This document shows, in pieces, positions 47,307 to 57,060 of a stretch of DNA of 64,000 nt (position 1 is the first letter of the stretch; each line of letters starts with the position of its first letter). The stretch is from Deltaproteobacteria bacterium. Its GTDB lineage: Bacteria; Myxococcota_A; Polyangia; Nannocystales; Nannocystaceae. The translations under genes and the position numbers were made by a program. The DNA lies in NCBI GenBank assembly GCA_016712475.1, contig JADJRA010000001.1:1797414-1861413 (forward strand). Direction: 5' to 3'. The notes under the pieces are model-generated. The model worked only from the letters and a program-made list of their open reading frames with translations, was not told where the DNA came from and ran no database searches.

Positions 47307-48629
47307 TCAGCCGCGGAAGTAGGCGCGGCCGGCCAGCACACCGATGACCCCGCGTGCGCGCAGCTGCGTGCTCTGCAGGCGGATCATCTCATCGGGGTTG
47401 CCGGGGCGCACGGCCTCGATCTGGAACTGCACCTGCGGGAACGGCTCGAGGCTCTGCAGGTACTCGAGCGAGTACTTGCGGGCCTCGTCCTCGTCGCGGG
47501 CGAGCACGCTGAACCCGGTGGTGTAGCCGTGGGCGTCCTCGGGCCAGTGCTCGAGGGCCGAGGGCGACTGCGCGCGCGCGGTGACGGTGAAGGTCGTCAT
47601 CTCGGGCGCACGCCCGTGGTCGGCCTCGTTCAGGGTCTCGAGCATGTGCGCGGTGATCCAGTCGCGCTGGCCGGCCATGCGCGCGACCTCGCGGGCCTCG
47701 CCGTAGCGCTGCCGCGACCACAACGCGTCGAACACCTCTTCGGACACCAGGCTCGCATAGCTCGGCGAGAGATGGGCCGAGTCGATCGCCGCCAGCCGAT
47801 CGATGGCGCCGTAGAGCAGGCCCAGCGCCTTGTCGAGATCCGCATCGGGCTGCGCCAGCGTCCACGCGCCGAAGACCGCCAGCGTCAGCGGGCTGTTCGG
47901 GTCGGACTCGTGGGCGTTGCGCATCGACGCGAACGCCTCCTCGGGCTGACCCATGCGGTACTGCGTGATCGCGAGGTTGTACCAGCCGCTGCCGTGGGTG
48001 CGGTCGATCGAGAGCGCGGTCTGGAAGCGATCGATCGCCTCCTCGAACTCGTCGAGATCCGACAGGCAGATGCCGTGCTCGACCAACATCTCGACCGACA
48101 GCGGGTCTTCGTCGAGGTAGGCCTCGTAGACGTCGGCGGCCTCCTCGAGCCGACCGCTGCGACGCAGCAAGGCACCCAGGGCGGCATTGGCCTCGAAGAG
48201 GGTCGGGCCATCGCCGTCGACCTCGATCGAGCGGCGATAGCACTGCTCGGCCGCGGACTCGTCGCCCAGGCGCTCGAGCACGGCGCCGAGGTTGTAGTGC
48301 TGCAGCGAGCCGGTCGCGTCGACCTCGATGGCCTTCACGAAGGCGTCGCGGGCATCGGTCAGCTGGCCGCGAAGGTCGTAGACGTTGCCCAGCGCGATCA
48401 GCACGTCGGCCTCGCGGGGCAGCTCGTCGGCGGCGCGCTCGGCCAGGGTCAGCGCGTGGTCGAGGTCACCGGTGTCGCACAGGCCGCGGATCCACATGCA
48501 GTAGAGCGGCAGGCGATCTTCGTCCGGTAGCTCGGGCTCCCAGGAGCTGCGGAGCATCCGTACCGCGGAGTTCGAGGCGCCCTCGTCCAGGAGCGTGGCC
48601 GCGGCGTCTAGCTGAGCGCGAAGCGACAT
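47307..48629 (-). CDS. TPR-repeat protein
   Basis: Start MSLRAQLDAAATLL. Multiple canonical TPR units (W-LG-Y-A-F-A-P pattern, e.g. ALGNVYDLRGQLTDARDAFVKAIEVD...HYNLGAVLERLGDESAAEQCYRRSIEVD). 440 aa. The upstream ORF extension is rejected. Confidence 0.55.
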   Translation of the reverse strand: MSLRAQLDAAATLLDEGASNSAVRMLRSSWEPELPDEDRLPLYCMWIRGLCDTGDLDHALTLAERAADELPREADVLIALGNVYDLRGQLTDARDAFVKAIEVDATGSLQHYNLGAVLERLGDESAAEQCYRRSIEVDGDGPTLFEANAALGALLRRSGRLEEAADVYEAYLDEDPLSVEMLVEHGICLSDLDEFEEAIDRFQTALSIDRTHGSGWYNLAITQYRMGQPEEAFASMRNAHESDPNSPLTLAVFGAWTLAQPDADLDKALGLLYGAIDRLAAIDSAHLSPSYASLVSEEVFDALWSRQRYGEAREVARMAGQRDWITAHMLETLNEADHGRAPEMTTFTVTARAQSPSALEHWPEDAHGYTTGFSVLARDEDEARKYSLEYLQSLEPFPQVQFQIEAVRPGNPDEMIRLQSTQLRARGVIGVLAGRAYFRG

Positions 48630-48866
48630 CAGGCAGCTCCAAGATTTTTTGCACGGTCGGGCCCACGAGGCAATTGCCGAAACGGTGCGGGTCCTCGCGG
48701 GGCGATGCGGCGCACACCGACCTCGCCTGCACCAGGGCTCGTGGGCGCTCGTCCGCGGCGTCGCGCGACGACGAGCGCCGGGTTGACAGATGCGATGCAA
48801 ACAGCGGCCGCGCGAGCCCGGTTCGGGCGCCCAGGGCGCCCGGACGGTTCCGCGCGGCCCGCTCGA

Positions 48867-50447
48867 TCAGCGACGCACGCGGCGACGAGCGGCCCATGCA
48901 CCGAGCACGAGCAGCGCCCACGCCGGGGAGCCGAAGCGTGCGCCGGGATCGACCGCACACGACTGCTCGCCCTCGACCCCGCGCCCCCACACGTCGCCGC
49001 CGCCGATGCCGTCGTTGGCGTCGGGGTCGACGCCCGCGGCCTGCTCGTCGATCCGGGTCAGACGGATCGCGTCGAACACCACGCGCCGACCGAGCGAGTT
49101 GGACTCACCGGTGGCATCGGCGAGCGTCAGCGAGCCCCCGCTGCCGCCGTCGAAGTTGAACGTGCCCAGCGACACCCAGCCGTTCTTCGTCGACTGGTTC
49201 ATCACCACGGTCGCGAGTCCACCGGCGTGCTGGAGCTTGTACTTGGCCTGCTTGCTGGTGTTGTTCGGCGTCGGCACGTTGGCCTCGACGCGGTACGTGC
49301 CGGCCTCGGCGAAGTCGAACAGCACCTCGGCGTAGTTGGTGACCGTGGTCTTGGTGGTGCCGGTCCACACCGAGTCACCGCCCTGACCGCCCTGGACCTT
49401 GCGCCACCACTGCGAGGGCCCGTGGAAGACGTAGCAGGCGTCGCCGTCGTCGATGGTGCCGCCGTCGGCCGCGATCAGACCGCAGCTGGGACAGTCGGCC
49501 GCGCAGGTGCTGCTGTCCTCGCTGCCACCGCAGGTGCCGTCGCCACAGCTGTCGCCGTTGCCACCCCAGGCCAGCAGCGCCTCGAGATCGCCGTTGAAAC
49601 GGTTGGTGTCGGTGTTGCCGTTGACGCCGGCGGTCGAGCCGCTGTCGGTGTATTGGTGGAACGTCCACTCGCTCCACTGCGACGGCAGGTTGGGGCAGCC
49701 GTTCGTATAGTGGGCGATCCACAGCGGGTAGTCGGCGAACGCGGACGACTTGACGTAGTCCTGCCAGAAGAAGCGGCCGGTGTAGATGATCGGCTTGACG
49801 CCGGTGGCCGCCTCGACGCGGTTGACCCACTTCGTCACCGCCGCCGCGACCGCGGTCGACGACAGACCGCCATGGCTCTCGACGTCGATCACCGGCGGCA
49901 GGTCACCCGGCTGCAGCGGGCCCATGTGCTCGAGCAGCAGGTCGGCCTGCGCCTCGGCGTTCTGGCCGGGCTCGAAGTACTGGTACACGCCGACCCGCAG
50001 ACCCGCCGCGCGGGCCTTGGACCAGTTCGCGTCGAAGAACTGATCGAAGGTGTTGAGCCCGTGCGAGACGCGGACGAACGCGAACTCGACCCCGTCGTTG
50101 GCGACCGAGGTCCAGTTGACGTTGCCCTGCCACTTGGAGATGTCGATGCCCTTGACCGTGCCCCCGCTGGCGCACACCGAGGCGGCGCTGGGATCGATCT
50201 CGGTCGCGAGCTCGTCCGGTGAGCTCTGGCCGGCGGCCTCGACCTCGCCGGCGCGCAGGGCCGCCGCGAGCTCGTAGTCGCGCAGGCCGTCGCCCATGGC
50301 GCGGTCGTCGTCGGGGTGTGCCGGGGCGGCGGTGGCCGTCGCAGGCAGGCCCACGAGGGCCAGGGTGATGCCGAGGTTCAGGACGCTCGCCGCTACCGCG
50401 GCCCACACCGTGCGGCGCTCTCGCCCGATTCGAAGTCGCTCTCGCAT
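48867..50447 (-). CDS. glycoside hydrolase family 25 muramidase (lysozyme) with C-terminal accessory domain and MYXO-CTERM
   Basis: Signal peptide MRERLRIGRERRTVWAAVAASVLNLGITLALVGLPATATAAPA. GH25 signature GIDISKWQGNVNWTSVANDGVEFAFVRVSHG...GVYQYF...PPVIDVES. Cys-rich linker. ~200-aa C-terminal domain. Ends ...SCAVDPGARFGSPAWALLVLGAWAARRRVRR. Confidence 0.7.
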   Translation of the reverse strand: MRERLRIGRERRTVWAAVAASVLNLGITLALVGLPATATAAPAHPDDDRAMGDGLRDYELAAALRAGEVEAAGQSSPDELATEIDPSAASVCASGGTVKGIDISKWQGNVNWTSVANDGVEFAFVRVSHGLNTFDQFFDANWSKARAAGLRVGVYQYFEPGQNAEAQADLLLEHMGPLQPGDLPPVIDVESHGGLSSTAVAAAVTKWVNRVEAATGVKPIIYTGRFFWQDYVKSSAFADYPLWIAHYTNGCPNLPSQWSEWTFHQYTDSGSTAGVNGNTDTNRFNGDLEALLAWGGNGDSCGDGTCGGSEDSSTCAADCPSCGLIAADGGTIDDGDACYVFHGPSQWWRKVQGGQGGDSVWTGTTKTTVTNYAEVLFDFAEAGTYRVEANVPTPNNTSKQAKYKLQHAGGLATVVMNQSTKNGWVSLGTFNFDGGSGGSLTLADATGESNSLGRRVVFDAIRLTRIDEQAAGVDPDANDGIGGGDVWGRGVEGEQSCAVDPGARFGSPAWALLVLGAWAARRRVRR

Positions 50448-50611
50448 GTCCGCATCTCGTCTCTCTGCCCCAGCCCAACATCACCTTAGGGGGGCGCGAC
50501 GACGAGCGACAGCTCAGTGAGGGCGCGACTACGCAGGCCTACGTACGAAGATCGCATGTAGGCAACGGCCGCGGTGAACCGCGACCGCAATTGCAGCACG
50601 CGGTCGGCCGA

Positions 50612-52252
50612 TCAGCCGCGGCGTCGCTGCACACGACGTCGGCGTGGCCACACGATTGGCAGCAGCAACCACCACGCCGACGCGCGTGCGTCGAGATCGC
50701 TGCGACAGCCACAACCGCCGGCGTCGTCGCCATCGGCGAAGCCCGGCGGCAGCGCACTGTCGTCGCCGCTGTCGACCCCACCGCTGCTGTCGCCGCTGGG
50801 CAGGCCCTCGGTGCCCTCGCTCGGCGACCCGTCATCGGTGTCGTCGCCCGCGGTCGGATCGGTGGTGCCGCCGGTGTCGTCGCTCGCGGGCGGATCGAGC
50901 CGCGTGAGCCGCACCGCGTCGTAGACCAGCTTGATCTCGCTGGCCGGCGGATCGCCGGTGTTGTCATCGAGCTCGATGGCCTGGTCGTGACCACCGGCCT
51001 CGAACACGAACTCGCCCAGCTGCGCCCAGCCGTCGTCGGACGCGGCCGCTGCGACCTGATCGACGATCATGTCGTTGCTGCCGCCGGCGTGGGTGATGTG
51101 GTAGCGGGCCCGCGTCGACATCGCGAACTCGGGCACGAGGTGGGCCTCGACGCGGTAGGTGCCGGCGTCGGCGAAGTGCAGCTCGATGCGACCGAAGTTC
51201 GACTTCGTGTCGTAGTCGGTGGCCATCGTCCACGCCAGATCGCCGCCTTCACCGACGCTCTCGTGACGCCAATACTCCTGCGGTCCGCCCAACTGATAGC
51301 AGGCGTCGCCGTCGTCGATGGTGCCGCCCAGCGCATCGACGATGCCGCACGCGGTGCAGTCCTCCGGGCACACGTCGGCGTCCTCGTCACCGGTGCACTT
51401 GCCGTCGCCGCACACCGCGGGCGCGGCGAACAAGCCCGAGAGCGCGGTCAGATCGCCGTTGAAGTCATTGCGATCGACGTCGCCGCTGATGCCCGCGACC
51501 GAGCCGCTGCTGGTGTACTGGTGGAAGTACCAGTCGTCCCACTGATCGGGGATGTTCGGGCAATCGGTCGTGTAGTGGGCGATCCACAGCGGGTAGTCGG
51601 CGAACGCCGGCGACTGCACGTAGTCCTGCCAGAAGTAGCGACCGGTGTAGATGATCGGCTTCACGCCGGTCGCGGCCTCGACGGTCGCGATCCACTGCGC
51701 CACCGCGTTCGCGACCTCGGCCGGCGGCAGGTTGCCGTGGCTCTCGACGTCGATCACCGGCGGCAGATCCTCGGGCCCGAGCGGGCCCATCATCTCGAGC
51801 ATGATGTTGGCCTGCTCGACGGCATCCTGACCCGGCTCGAAGTACTGGTACACGCCGCCGTAGATGCCGGCCGCGCGCGACTCGGCCCAGTTCTCGTCGA
51901 AGAACTCGTCGATCGTGTTGATGCCGTGGGTCGCCCGCATGATCGCGTAGACGATTCCGGCGCCCGCGACCGAGTTCCAGTTGATCGAGCCCTGCCACTT
52001 CGAGACGTCGATGCCCGGCAGCGTGGTGCCGTCGGCACAGGTGGTCGCGGCGAAGGGGTCCTGCGGCGCGAGCAGCTCGTCGGCGCCGACGGCATCACCG
52101 GCGCGCTGCAGCCCCGCGCCCATCGTGCCCACCGGTCGCAGCTCGGCGGCCCCTGCGATCCCCGCGACCGTCATCGCCGACAGCGATGCGACTGCAGTCA
52201 CACGCCCGACGCGACCCGCACGCCCCACTCGAAGTCCCTGTCGCTCGCCCAT
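50612..52252 (-). CDS. glycoside hydrolase family 25 muramidase paralog with C-terminal accessory domain and MYXO-CTERM-like tail
   Basis: Start MGERQGLRVGRAGRVGRVTAVASLSAMTVAGIAGAAE, preceded by GGGAGGGG. GIDVSKWQGSINWNSVAGAGIVYAIMRATHG...GVYQYF...PPVIDVES. About 60% identical to the upstream paralog across the catalytic and C-terminal domains. Ends ...GGCGCRSDLDARASAWWLLLPIVWPRRRRV. The large upstream ORF extension to 53773 is rejected. Confidence 0.7.
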   Translation of the reverse strand: MGERQGLRVGRAGRVGRVTAVASLSAMTVAGIAGAAELRPVGTMGAGLQRAGDAVGADELLAPQDPFAATTCADGTTLPGIDVSKWQGSINWNSVAGAGIVYAIMRATHGINTIDEFFDENWAESRAAGIYGGVYQYFEPGQDAVEQANIMLEMMGPLGPEDLPPVIDVESHGNLPPAEVANAVAQWIATVEAATGVKPIIYTGRYFWQDYVQSPAFADYPLWIAHYTTDCPNIPDQWDDWYFHQYTSSGSVAGISGDVDRNDFNGDLTALSGLFAAPAVCGDGKCTGDEDADVCPEDCTACGIVDALGGTIDDGDACYQLGGPQEYWRHESVGEGGDLAWTMATDYDTKSNFGRIELHFADAGTYRVEAHLVPEFAMSTRARYHITHAGGSNDMIVDQVAAAASDDGWAQLGEFVFEAGGHDQAIELDDNTGDPPASEIKLVYDAVRLTRLDPPASDDTGGTTDPTAGDDTDDGSPSEGTEGLPSGDSSGGVDSGDDSALPPGFADGDDAGGCGCRSDLDARASAWWLLLPIVWPRRRRVQRRRG

Positions 52253-52558
52253 CGCCGCCGCCCCTCCCAGAAGGACCCGAGGGTCCCCCATGAGAGGTAC
52301 CCGGTTGCTCGCCCGGTGAGGGCGACGATATCGCCGCGTACGCAGGCCGGCGTAGGCGTTCACGCGCATCGCCCTCGGGCACGCGCACGCGCACGCGCGC
52401 GCGAGGGCGGGGACTCCGCCACCGGTGCCCCGCGTGGCCCCGGCCGACCAAGCTCTCGCCAGTTTCAGCCGCGAACCCGCCTTCGGACGCCGATCTTGCG
52501 CCAGGTCACGTTTCGCCGATCGCTTGATCGTGCCGCCACGACGACTAAGATCTGGCCC

Positions 52559-53152
52559 ATGTTCGCGTCGTCTCGTCTGCGCGCCCGCTTCGTGGTCCCT
52601 GGCTTGTTCGGTCTCTCCCTCGCGGTCTCGGGCCTCGTGTTGCCCGTCGCCCACGCCGAGGACGACGACGTGATCGCGGCCGAAGACGAAGACGCGCCCA
52701 AGGACGCCGCGGCGATCAAGATCGAGCTCAAGCAGGAGAGCGGCAAGGTCCTCAAGTACGACGGCGCCGTGCTCGACTGGGGCGCCGACGGCAACGTCGA
52801 GTTCAAGGCCGACAACCACGTGCACGACGTCGCGCTGCGGGTCGATCGCGGCGAGGGCGAGGGCAAGACCATCCAGCTGACGGTCGGCTACACCCGCGAT
52901 GGCAAGTCCATCATCGAGGACCACACGGTGTCCTCGGAGATCAAGAAGCGCGAGGTCATCCGCATCGAAGGTGGCATCGCAATCGCGATCACCGTGACGC
53001 CGAAGCCGAGCAAGGCCACGCCGCCGCCGGAGGAGACCAAGCCGAGCGAGAAGCCCGACGAGACGCCCGACGAGCCCAGCGAGCCGCCCGCGCCCAAGAA
53101 GCGCAAGATCGAGGGCGGCGACAGCGACGACCCGCTCGACGGCCTGCGCTGA
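52559..53152 (+). CDS. hypothetical secreted Lys/Glu-rich protein
   Basis: MFASSRLRARFVVPGLFGLSLAVSGLVLPVAHA is a signal peptide. 197 aa with a Lys/Pro/Glu-rich C-terminal tail. Confidence 0.45.
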   Translation: MFASSRLRARFVVPGLFGLSLAVSGLVLPVAHAEDDDVIAAEDEDAPKDAAAIKIELKQESGKVLKYDGAVLDWGADGNVEFKADNHVHDVALRVDRGEGEGKTIQLTVGYTRDGKSIIEDHTVSSEIKKREVIRIEGGIAIAITVTPKPSKATPPPEETKPSEKPDETPDEPSEPPAPKKRKIEGGDSDDPLDGLR

Positions 53153-53175
53153 TCCATCGGCCCCGCAACGCCAAC

Positions 53176-53221
53176 GGGCTCGGCACCACACCCACGTGGT
53201 CCCGAGCCCGTCGTCGTTTTC
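53176..53221 (+). terminator. candidate rho-independent terminator (GC hairpin + T-run)
   Basis: GGGCTCGG-caCCACacccacGTGGtc-CCGAGCCC followed by gtcgtcgTTTTcgg. Lies 24 nt after the stop of 52559..53152, in a convergent intergenic region. It is followed by a (GTGC)4-5 microsatellite at ~53223-53242. Confidence 0.4.
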
Positions 53222-53241
53222 GGTGCGTGCGTGCGTGCGTG

Positions 53242-54420
53242 CTACCGGCCGGCGGCCTCGAGCTTGGCGAGCCGCTGCTCGAGACTGCCGAGCTCGCGCT
53301 GCAACGCCGCCTTGTCCTCGCGCAGCTGCTCGAGCTCGGCGTGTAGCGCCTGGATCGACGCCAGCGCGACACCATCGGCGTCGACCTGGAAGATGAGCCT
53401 GTCGGTCTTGCCCACGCCGAACGCGGCGTGGAAGTCCTGCGCCATCGGGCCGATGTGCCGGATCGCCTCGTCCTCGAAGCGGTAGCTCCACGTCGTGATC
53501 GGCATCGCGAGCACACGCTCGAGCACGTTCTTCGGATCGACGGCCGCGAAGTTGTGCTTGCGATTGCGATCGCTGATCGGACACACCTGCCCGCAGAACT
53601 CCTGGCCGGGCTCGATCGGCACGCCGCCGCAACACTGCAGGTCTTCGCAGCAGGCTTCGCCCATCGCACAGCTCTCGCCGTCGCCGACGCACATCCCGCC
53701 GCAGACCTCGCCCAGATCGCACGCGGGCGGTTCGTCGCCGTTGGGGCACTGCCACATGCCGTCGGCGCAGCACGACGCCGTGCCGATCAGGCAGAAGGGC
53801 ATCGCGTCGGGGTCGCAGCAGCTCGGCGGCGGCGGACAGGGCTCGCCCTCGACGTCACAGGCCCCCTGCTCGGGGCATGACCACTCGCCATTGCCGCAGC
53901 AGGAAGCCGGGCCGCCCATGCACGCCGGCGGATCGCCGACGCAGCACTGGGGCTGCTCGCACACGACGCCGACGTCGCAGGTCGGATTGCCACCCTCGTC
54001 GTTGCACGCCCACGTGCCGTCGACGCAGCAGCTCGATCCTTCGATGCACGGCGGCGCCTCTTCCGGCAAGCAGCACACGTCGGGACCCGTCGTGTTGCCG
54101 CCGCTGCTGCTGCTGCCGTCGCTGCTCCCGCTGCTGCTGCTGCCACCGCTGCTCCCGCTGCCACTGCTGCCACCGCTGCTGCTGCTGCCATCGGTGGTCG
54201 CCGTCGTCGTCGCGGTCGTGCCGGTGTCATCGGTCGTCGTCGCGGTGCTCGACGCCGAGGTGTCCGCGGTGGTCGCGGTCGTCGATGCGGTGGTCGAGGT
54301 CGAACCGCCCGAGGCCGAGCTCGAGCTCGAGCCCGAGGGATCGGTGTCGCCGGTGACATCGTCACCACAACCCGCGACGAGACACGCCGACGCAAAACCA
54401 ATGGAGATCAACTTGCGCAT
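53242..54420 (-). CDS. lipoprotein with Ser/Thr-rich linker, Cys-rich module and C-terminal peptidase-S74 intramolecular-chaperone (tail-fiber/endosialidase chaperone) domain
   Basis: MRKLISIGFASACLVAGCGDD lipobox. ~100-aa S/T/G linker. ~25 Cys in CC/CxC patterns. C-terminus ISDRNRKHNFAAVDPKNVLERVLAMPITTWSYRFEDEAIRHIGPMAQDFHAAFGVGKTDRLIFQVDADGVALASIQALHAELEQLREDKAALQRELGSLEQRLAKLEAAG matches the S74 chaperone pattern (SDxRxK.N...W.Y.......HiG..AQ). Confidence 0.6.
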   Translation of the reverse strand: MRKLISIGFASACLVAGCGDDVTGDTDPSGSSSSSASGGSTSTTASTTATTADTSASSTATTTDDTGTTATTTATTDGSSSSGGSSGSGSSGGSSSSGSSDGSSSSGGNTTGPDVCCLPEEAPPCIEGSSCCVDGTWACNDEGGNPTCDVGVVCEQPQCCVGDPPACMGGPASCCGNGEWSCPEQGACDVEGEPCPPPPSCCDPDAMPFCLIGTASCCADGMWQCPNGDEPPACDLGEVCGGMCVGDGESCAMGEACCEDLQCCGGVPIEPGQEFCGQVCPISDRNRKHNFAAVDPKNVLERVLAMPITTWSYRFEDEAIRHIGPMAQDFHAAFGVGKTDRLIFQVDADGVALASIQALHAELEQLREDKAALQRELGSLEQRLAKLEAAGR

Positions 54421-54747
54421 GGTCCACCAAGCCCTTCCCGGCCCGCGGATGAACGCCATCCACGAGGTCCGCTCGGGTGAACGGCCGCGACGCGGGCAAT
54501 CCTTCGCCGAGGATTGCTCGCGCCTTGCGGGACCGGTCGGAACCGACGTCCGGTGGCATCGCGACCTGCCGTAAGGTGACGTCCCGACGGACGTGCACGT
54601 CGGTGCACAAGCGCGGACGTTGGCGGCGAGTGACGCGTGCCCGCGGCGTGCTACGCTCGCTGCGGAGCGCCCGCGTTGGGGTGTTTCGAGCATCGGGTCC
54701 CATTGGGGGGCCGAGCAGGGCCGGACCGGCCAGGTGGGGTGGAGACG

Positions 54748-56103
54748 ATGGTCGCGATGGATCTCGTGCGTGCAACCATGGTGGGTTTGGTCGTCGCATC
54801 GGCGTGCGGCGGTACCGGCGGCGGCGATGGCAGCGGTGACGGCTCCGGTGGTTCGTCATCGGCGTCGACGCACGGCGACGACAGCAGCGCCGGTGGTTCG
54901 TGCGTCGAGGGGTGTCCAGCCGGCAGCGATTGCGTCGACGGCACCTGCGTGCCCTGGTGCGACTGCGCCGATCCATGCAACTGCGGCTGTGCCGTGGCCG
55001 CGGACGACTGCCCGTCGATCGAGTGCTCCGTCGACGGTGACTGCGGCGAAGGCCAGGTCTGCCTCGACGGCCTGTGCAACCCGGCACCCCCGGATTGCGC
55101 GTCGCGTCCACAACCTGGCCCCGCGGAGCCGCTCGCGCTCGGCGAGGGCGACGGCGTCGTCACGGCGCTGGCCTTCGTCGAGATCGATGCCGGCGCGCCG
55201 CAGCTGCTCGTCGCGCGCGGCGACGCCGTGTTGGCCGCGAGCGACACCACCGTGACACCCCTGCTCACCGCCGGGCCGGTGCAGCGCTTCGCAGCCGCCG
55301 ACCTCGACGGCGATGGCGTGGCCGAGCTCGCCGTCGCCGGCATCGCGCCGGCGCCGACACTGCAGGTGTTCCGCCGCGATGCGGACGGCACCACGTGGAC
55401 CGCCTTTCATGAAGACGCGCTCGGCGGGCACGCCATCGACGTGTTGGTCTTCGGCGATCACGACGGTGACGGCATGATCGATCTGTTGGTGCAGACCGAA
55501 GCCGGTATCTCGTCGCTGCCGGGCCTCGGCGGCGGCGGTCTCGCGGACGCGGTCGCGCTGGGTGCCGCACAGGCGCAGGGCCGCATGGCCGCCGGCGATT
55601 TCGACGGCGACGGCAGCGTCGACCTCGCATATCCCGTGGCCATGGGCTACGGCATCATCGTCGGCGGTGCGGGTGGCGAAGCCGGCCTCGAGGGGGTCGG
55701 TGCCGCCTCGCCGTCGGTCGGGATGTTCGCTGACGACTTCGACGGTGACGGCGTGGTCGATCTGCTCGACGTACGCGCCGACGCGAACCTGCGCCTGTGG
55801 GACCCCGCGTTCGGAAGCCGTGGCAACGCCGACGACTTCGATCTCACCGACGTCGTCCACGTCGGCGTCGCGCGCATCGACAGCAACGAACGGGCCGACG
55901 TGTTCGCGATCGCCTCCGACGGCTCGCTGGCGACGCGCTTCGGCTGGGACGTGCGCCCGGAGCTCGAGCGGGTGCCGCTGGCGTGCGACGAGGTCGACGC
56001 CTCGCTGACGCCGCCCTCGGTCGTCGCGGTCGGACGCGACGCGGACGGGGTGCTGTGGCTCGCGACCAGCGATGGCAGCACGGTCGAGCGACGCCGCTGG
56101 TGA
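54748..56103 (+). CDS. FG-GAP/integrin-alpha-like repeat lipoprotein with N-terminal Cys-rich module
   Basis: METMVAMDLVRATMVGLVVASACGG lipobox. Cys-rich CVEGCPAGSDCVDGTCVPWCDC.... Four DxDGDGxxDL calcium-binding FG-GAP cores (DLDGDGVAEL, DHDGDGMIDL, DFDGDGSVDL, DFDGDGVVDL). Confidence 0.55.
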   Translation: MVAMDLVRATMVGLVVASACGGTGGGDGSGDGSGGSSSASTHGDDSSAGGSCVEGCPAGSDCVDGTCVPWCDCADPCNCGCAVAADDCPSIECSVDGDCGEGQVCLDGLCNPAPPDCASRPQPGPAEPLALGEGDGVVTALAFVEIDAGAPQLLVARGDAVLAASDTTVTPLLTAGPVQRFAAADLDGDGVAELAVAGIAPAPTLQVFRRDADGTTWTAFHEDALGGHAIDVLVFGDHDGDGMIDLLVQTEAGISSLPGLGGGGLADAVALGAAQAQGRMAAGDFDGDGSVDLAYPVAMGYGIIVGGAGGEAGLEGVGAASPSVGMFADDFDGDGVVDLLDVRADANLRLWDPAFGSRGNADDFDLTDVVHVGVARIDSNERADVFAIASDGSLATRFGWDVRPELERVPLACDEVDASLTPPSVVAVGRDADGVLWLATSDGSTVERRRW

Positions 56104-56127
56104 ACCACCGACCGACGCCCGACGGGC

Positions 56128-56925
56128 TCAACCACCCGACGGATGCGTCGGCTGGTCGTGCGACTGCGGCGCGGCCTGCTGCTGGCCCGGGTCGTAGTAT
56201 TGGGCCTGGTATTGGGCCTGGTATTGGGCCTGGTATTGGGCCTGGGCCGCCGCCTGCTCCTGCTGCCAGCGTGCCACCGCTTCGGCGTCGGCGCGGGTCT
56301 GCTTGCGTGCGAACAGGGCGTATCCACCCGCCGCGAGCAGCAGCACCGCCGCGACCACCGCGGAGACCATCGCTTGGTTGCGGTCCGGGTGGCCGCCGTG
56401 CTCGATGACGAGATAGCGGCTATCCACCTTCGGGAAGTTGCGCTCGACGAGCACCCGATCGTCGCGCCGCACGGTCGTCGTCAACCCGGTCGTGCCGTCT
56501 CCGACCACGAGCGGCGTCAGCTCTTCGAGCACGCCGAGCACCGCTGCGTCGTCGCTGGCGCGCTCGAGCTCGCCCGTCAGCTCGATGACGCGCGGATCCT
56601 CGCTGACCAGCAGCGTCACCGTATCCGCGGCCGCCCCAGACCCCGGCGGCACCAGCGGGAGCCACACCGCATCGACCCGCGAGCCCTTGCTGATCACGAA
56701 GATCTCGTCGAACGCGATCTCGCACGTCGGCAGCTTCACCCACCGATTCGAGCCGATGTCCTGCGCCGCGGCGGCGTCGCACGCGAGCGTCGTGAGCTCC
56801 GGATTGCGCTGCACCGTCTCGAACCCTCCGGCCGCCACGACGGCGAAGGCGAGCCCGAAGAACAACATCAGTCCCGCCGGAACGTAGCGATACTTGGCGC
56901 GCGCGGTGGCTCCTGCCGGTGTCAT
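56128..56925 (-). CDS. membrane protein with C-terminal (AQYQ)n repeat
   Basis: Two predicted TM helices (LMLFFGLAFAVVAAGGF near the N-terminus; MVSAVVAAVLLLAAGGYALFA near the C-terminus). Tail QEQAAAQAQYQAQYQAQYQAQYYDPGQQQAAPQ is encoded by a 12-bp x4 tandem repeat (gtattgggcctg) at ~56197-56250. Confidence 0.45.
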   Translation of the reverse strand: MTPAGATARAKYRYVPAGLMLFFGLAFAVVAAGGFETVQRNPELTTLACDAAAAQDIGSNRWVKLPTCEIAFDEIFVISKGSRVDAVWLPLVPPGSGAAADTVTLLVSEDPRVIELTGELERASDDAAVLGVLEELTPLVVGDGTTGLTTTVRRDDRVLVERNFPKVDSRYLVIEHGGHPDRNQAMVSAVVAAVLLLAAGGYALFARKQTRADAEAVARWQQEQAAAQAQYQAQYQAQYQAQYYDPGQQQAAPQSHDQPTHPSGG

Positions 56926-57060
56926 GATTCGCGTTATATCAAGCGCCCGCGCACGCCGCAGCCACGCTTTCGCACGCGGCGTGAATGGCCGTTCGATCGC
57001 ATTGTCGGCAGCGGCGATCCGGCCGGTGCGAGCGAGCGCGGCGATATGCTCGCGCGCCCC

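Noticed and set aside
48630-48866. Possible terminator or regulatory hairpin CGGGCGCCC-A-GGGCGCCCG (~48830-48848) downstream of the first GH25 gene
   Set aside because: It is a perfect GC palindrome, but there is no adjacent T/A run and the loop is too tight. Such GGCGCC-based palindromes are frequent in 70% GC DNA, so it is not called as a terminator.
52253-53773. Upstream extension of the second GH25 ORF to 53773 (1053 aa total)
   Set aside because: It would read antisense through the 52559..53152 gene and the terminator hairpin. MGERQ at 52252 is preceded by a GGAGG RBS and followed by a signal peptide, matching the paralog's architecture.
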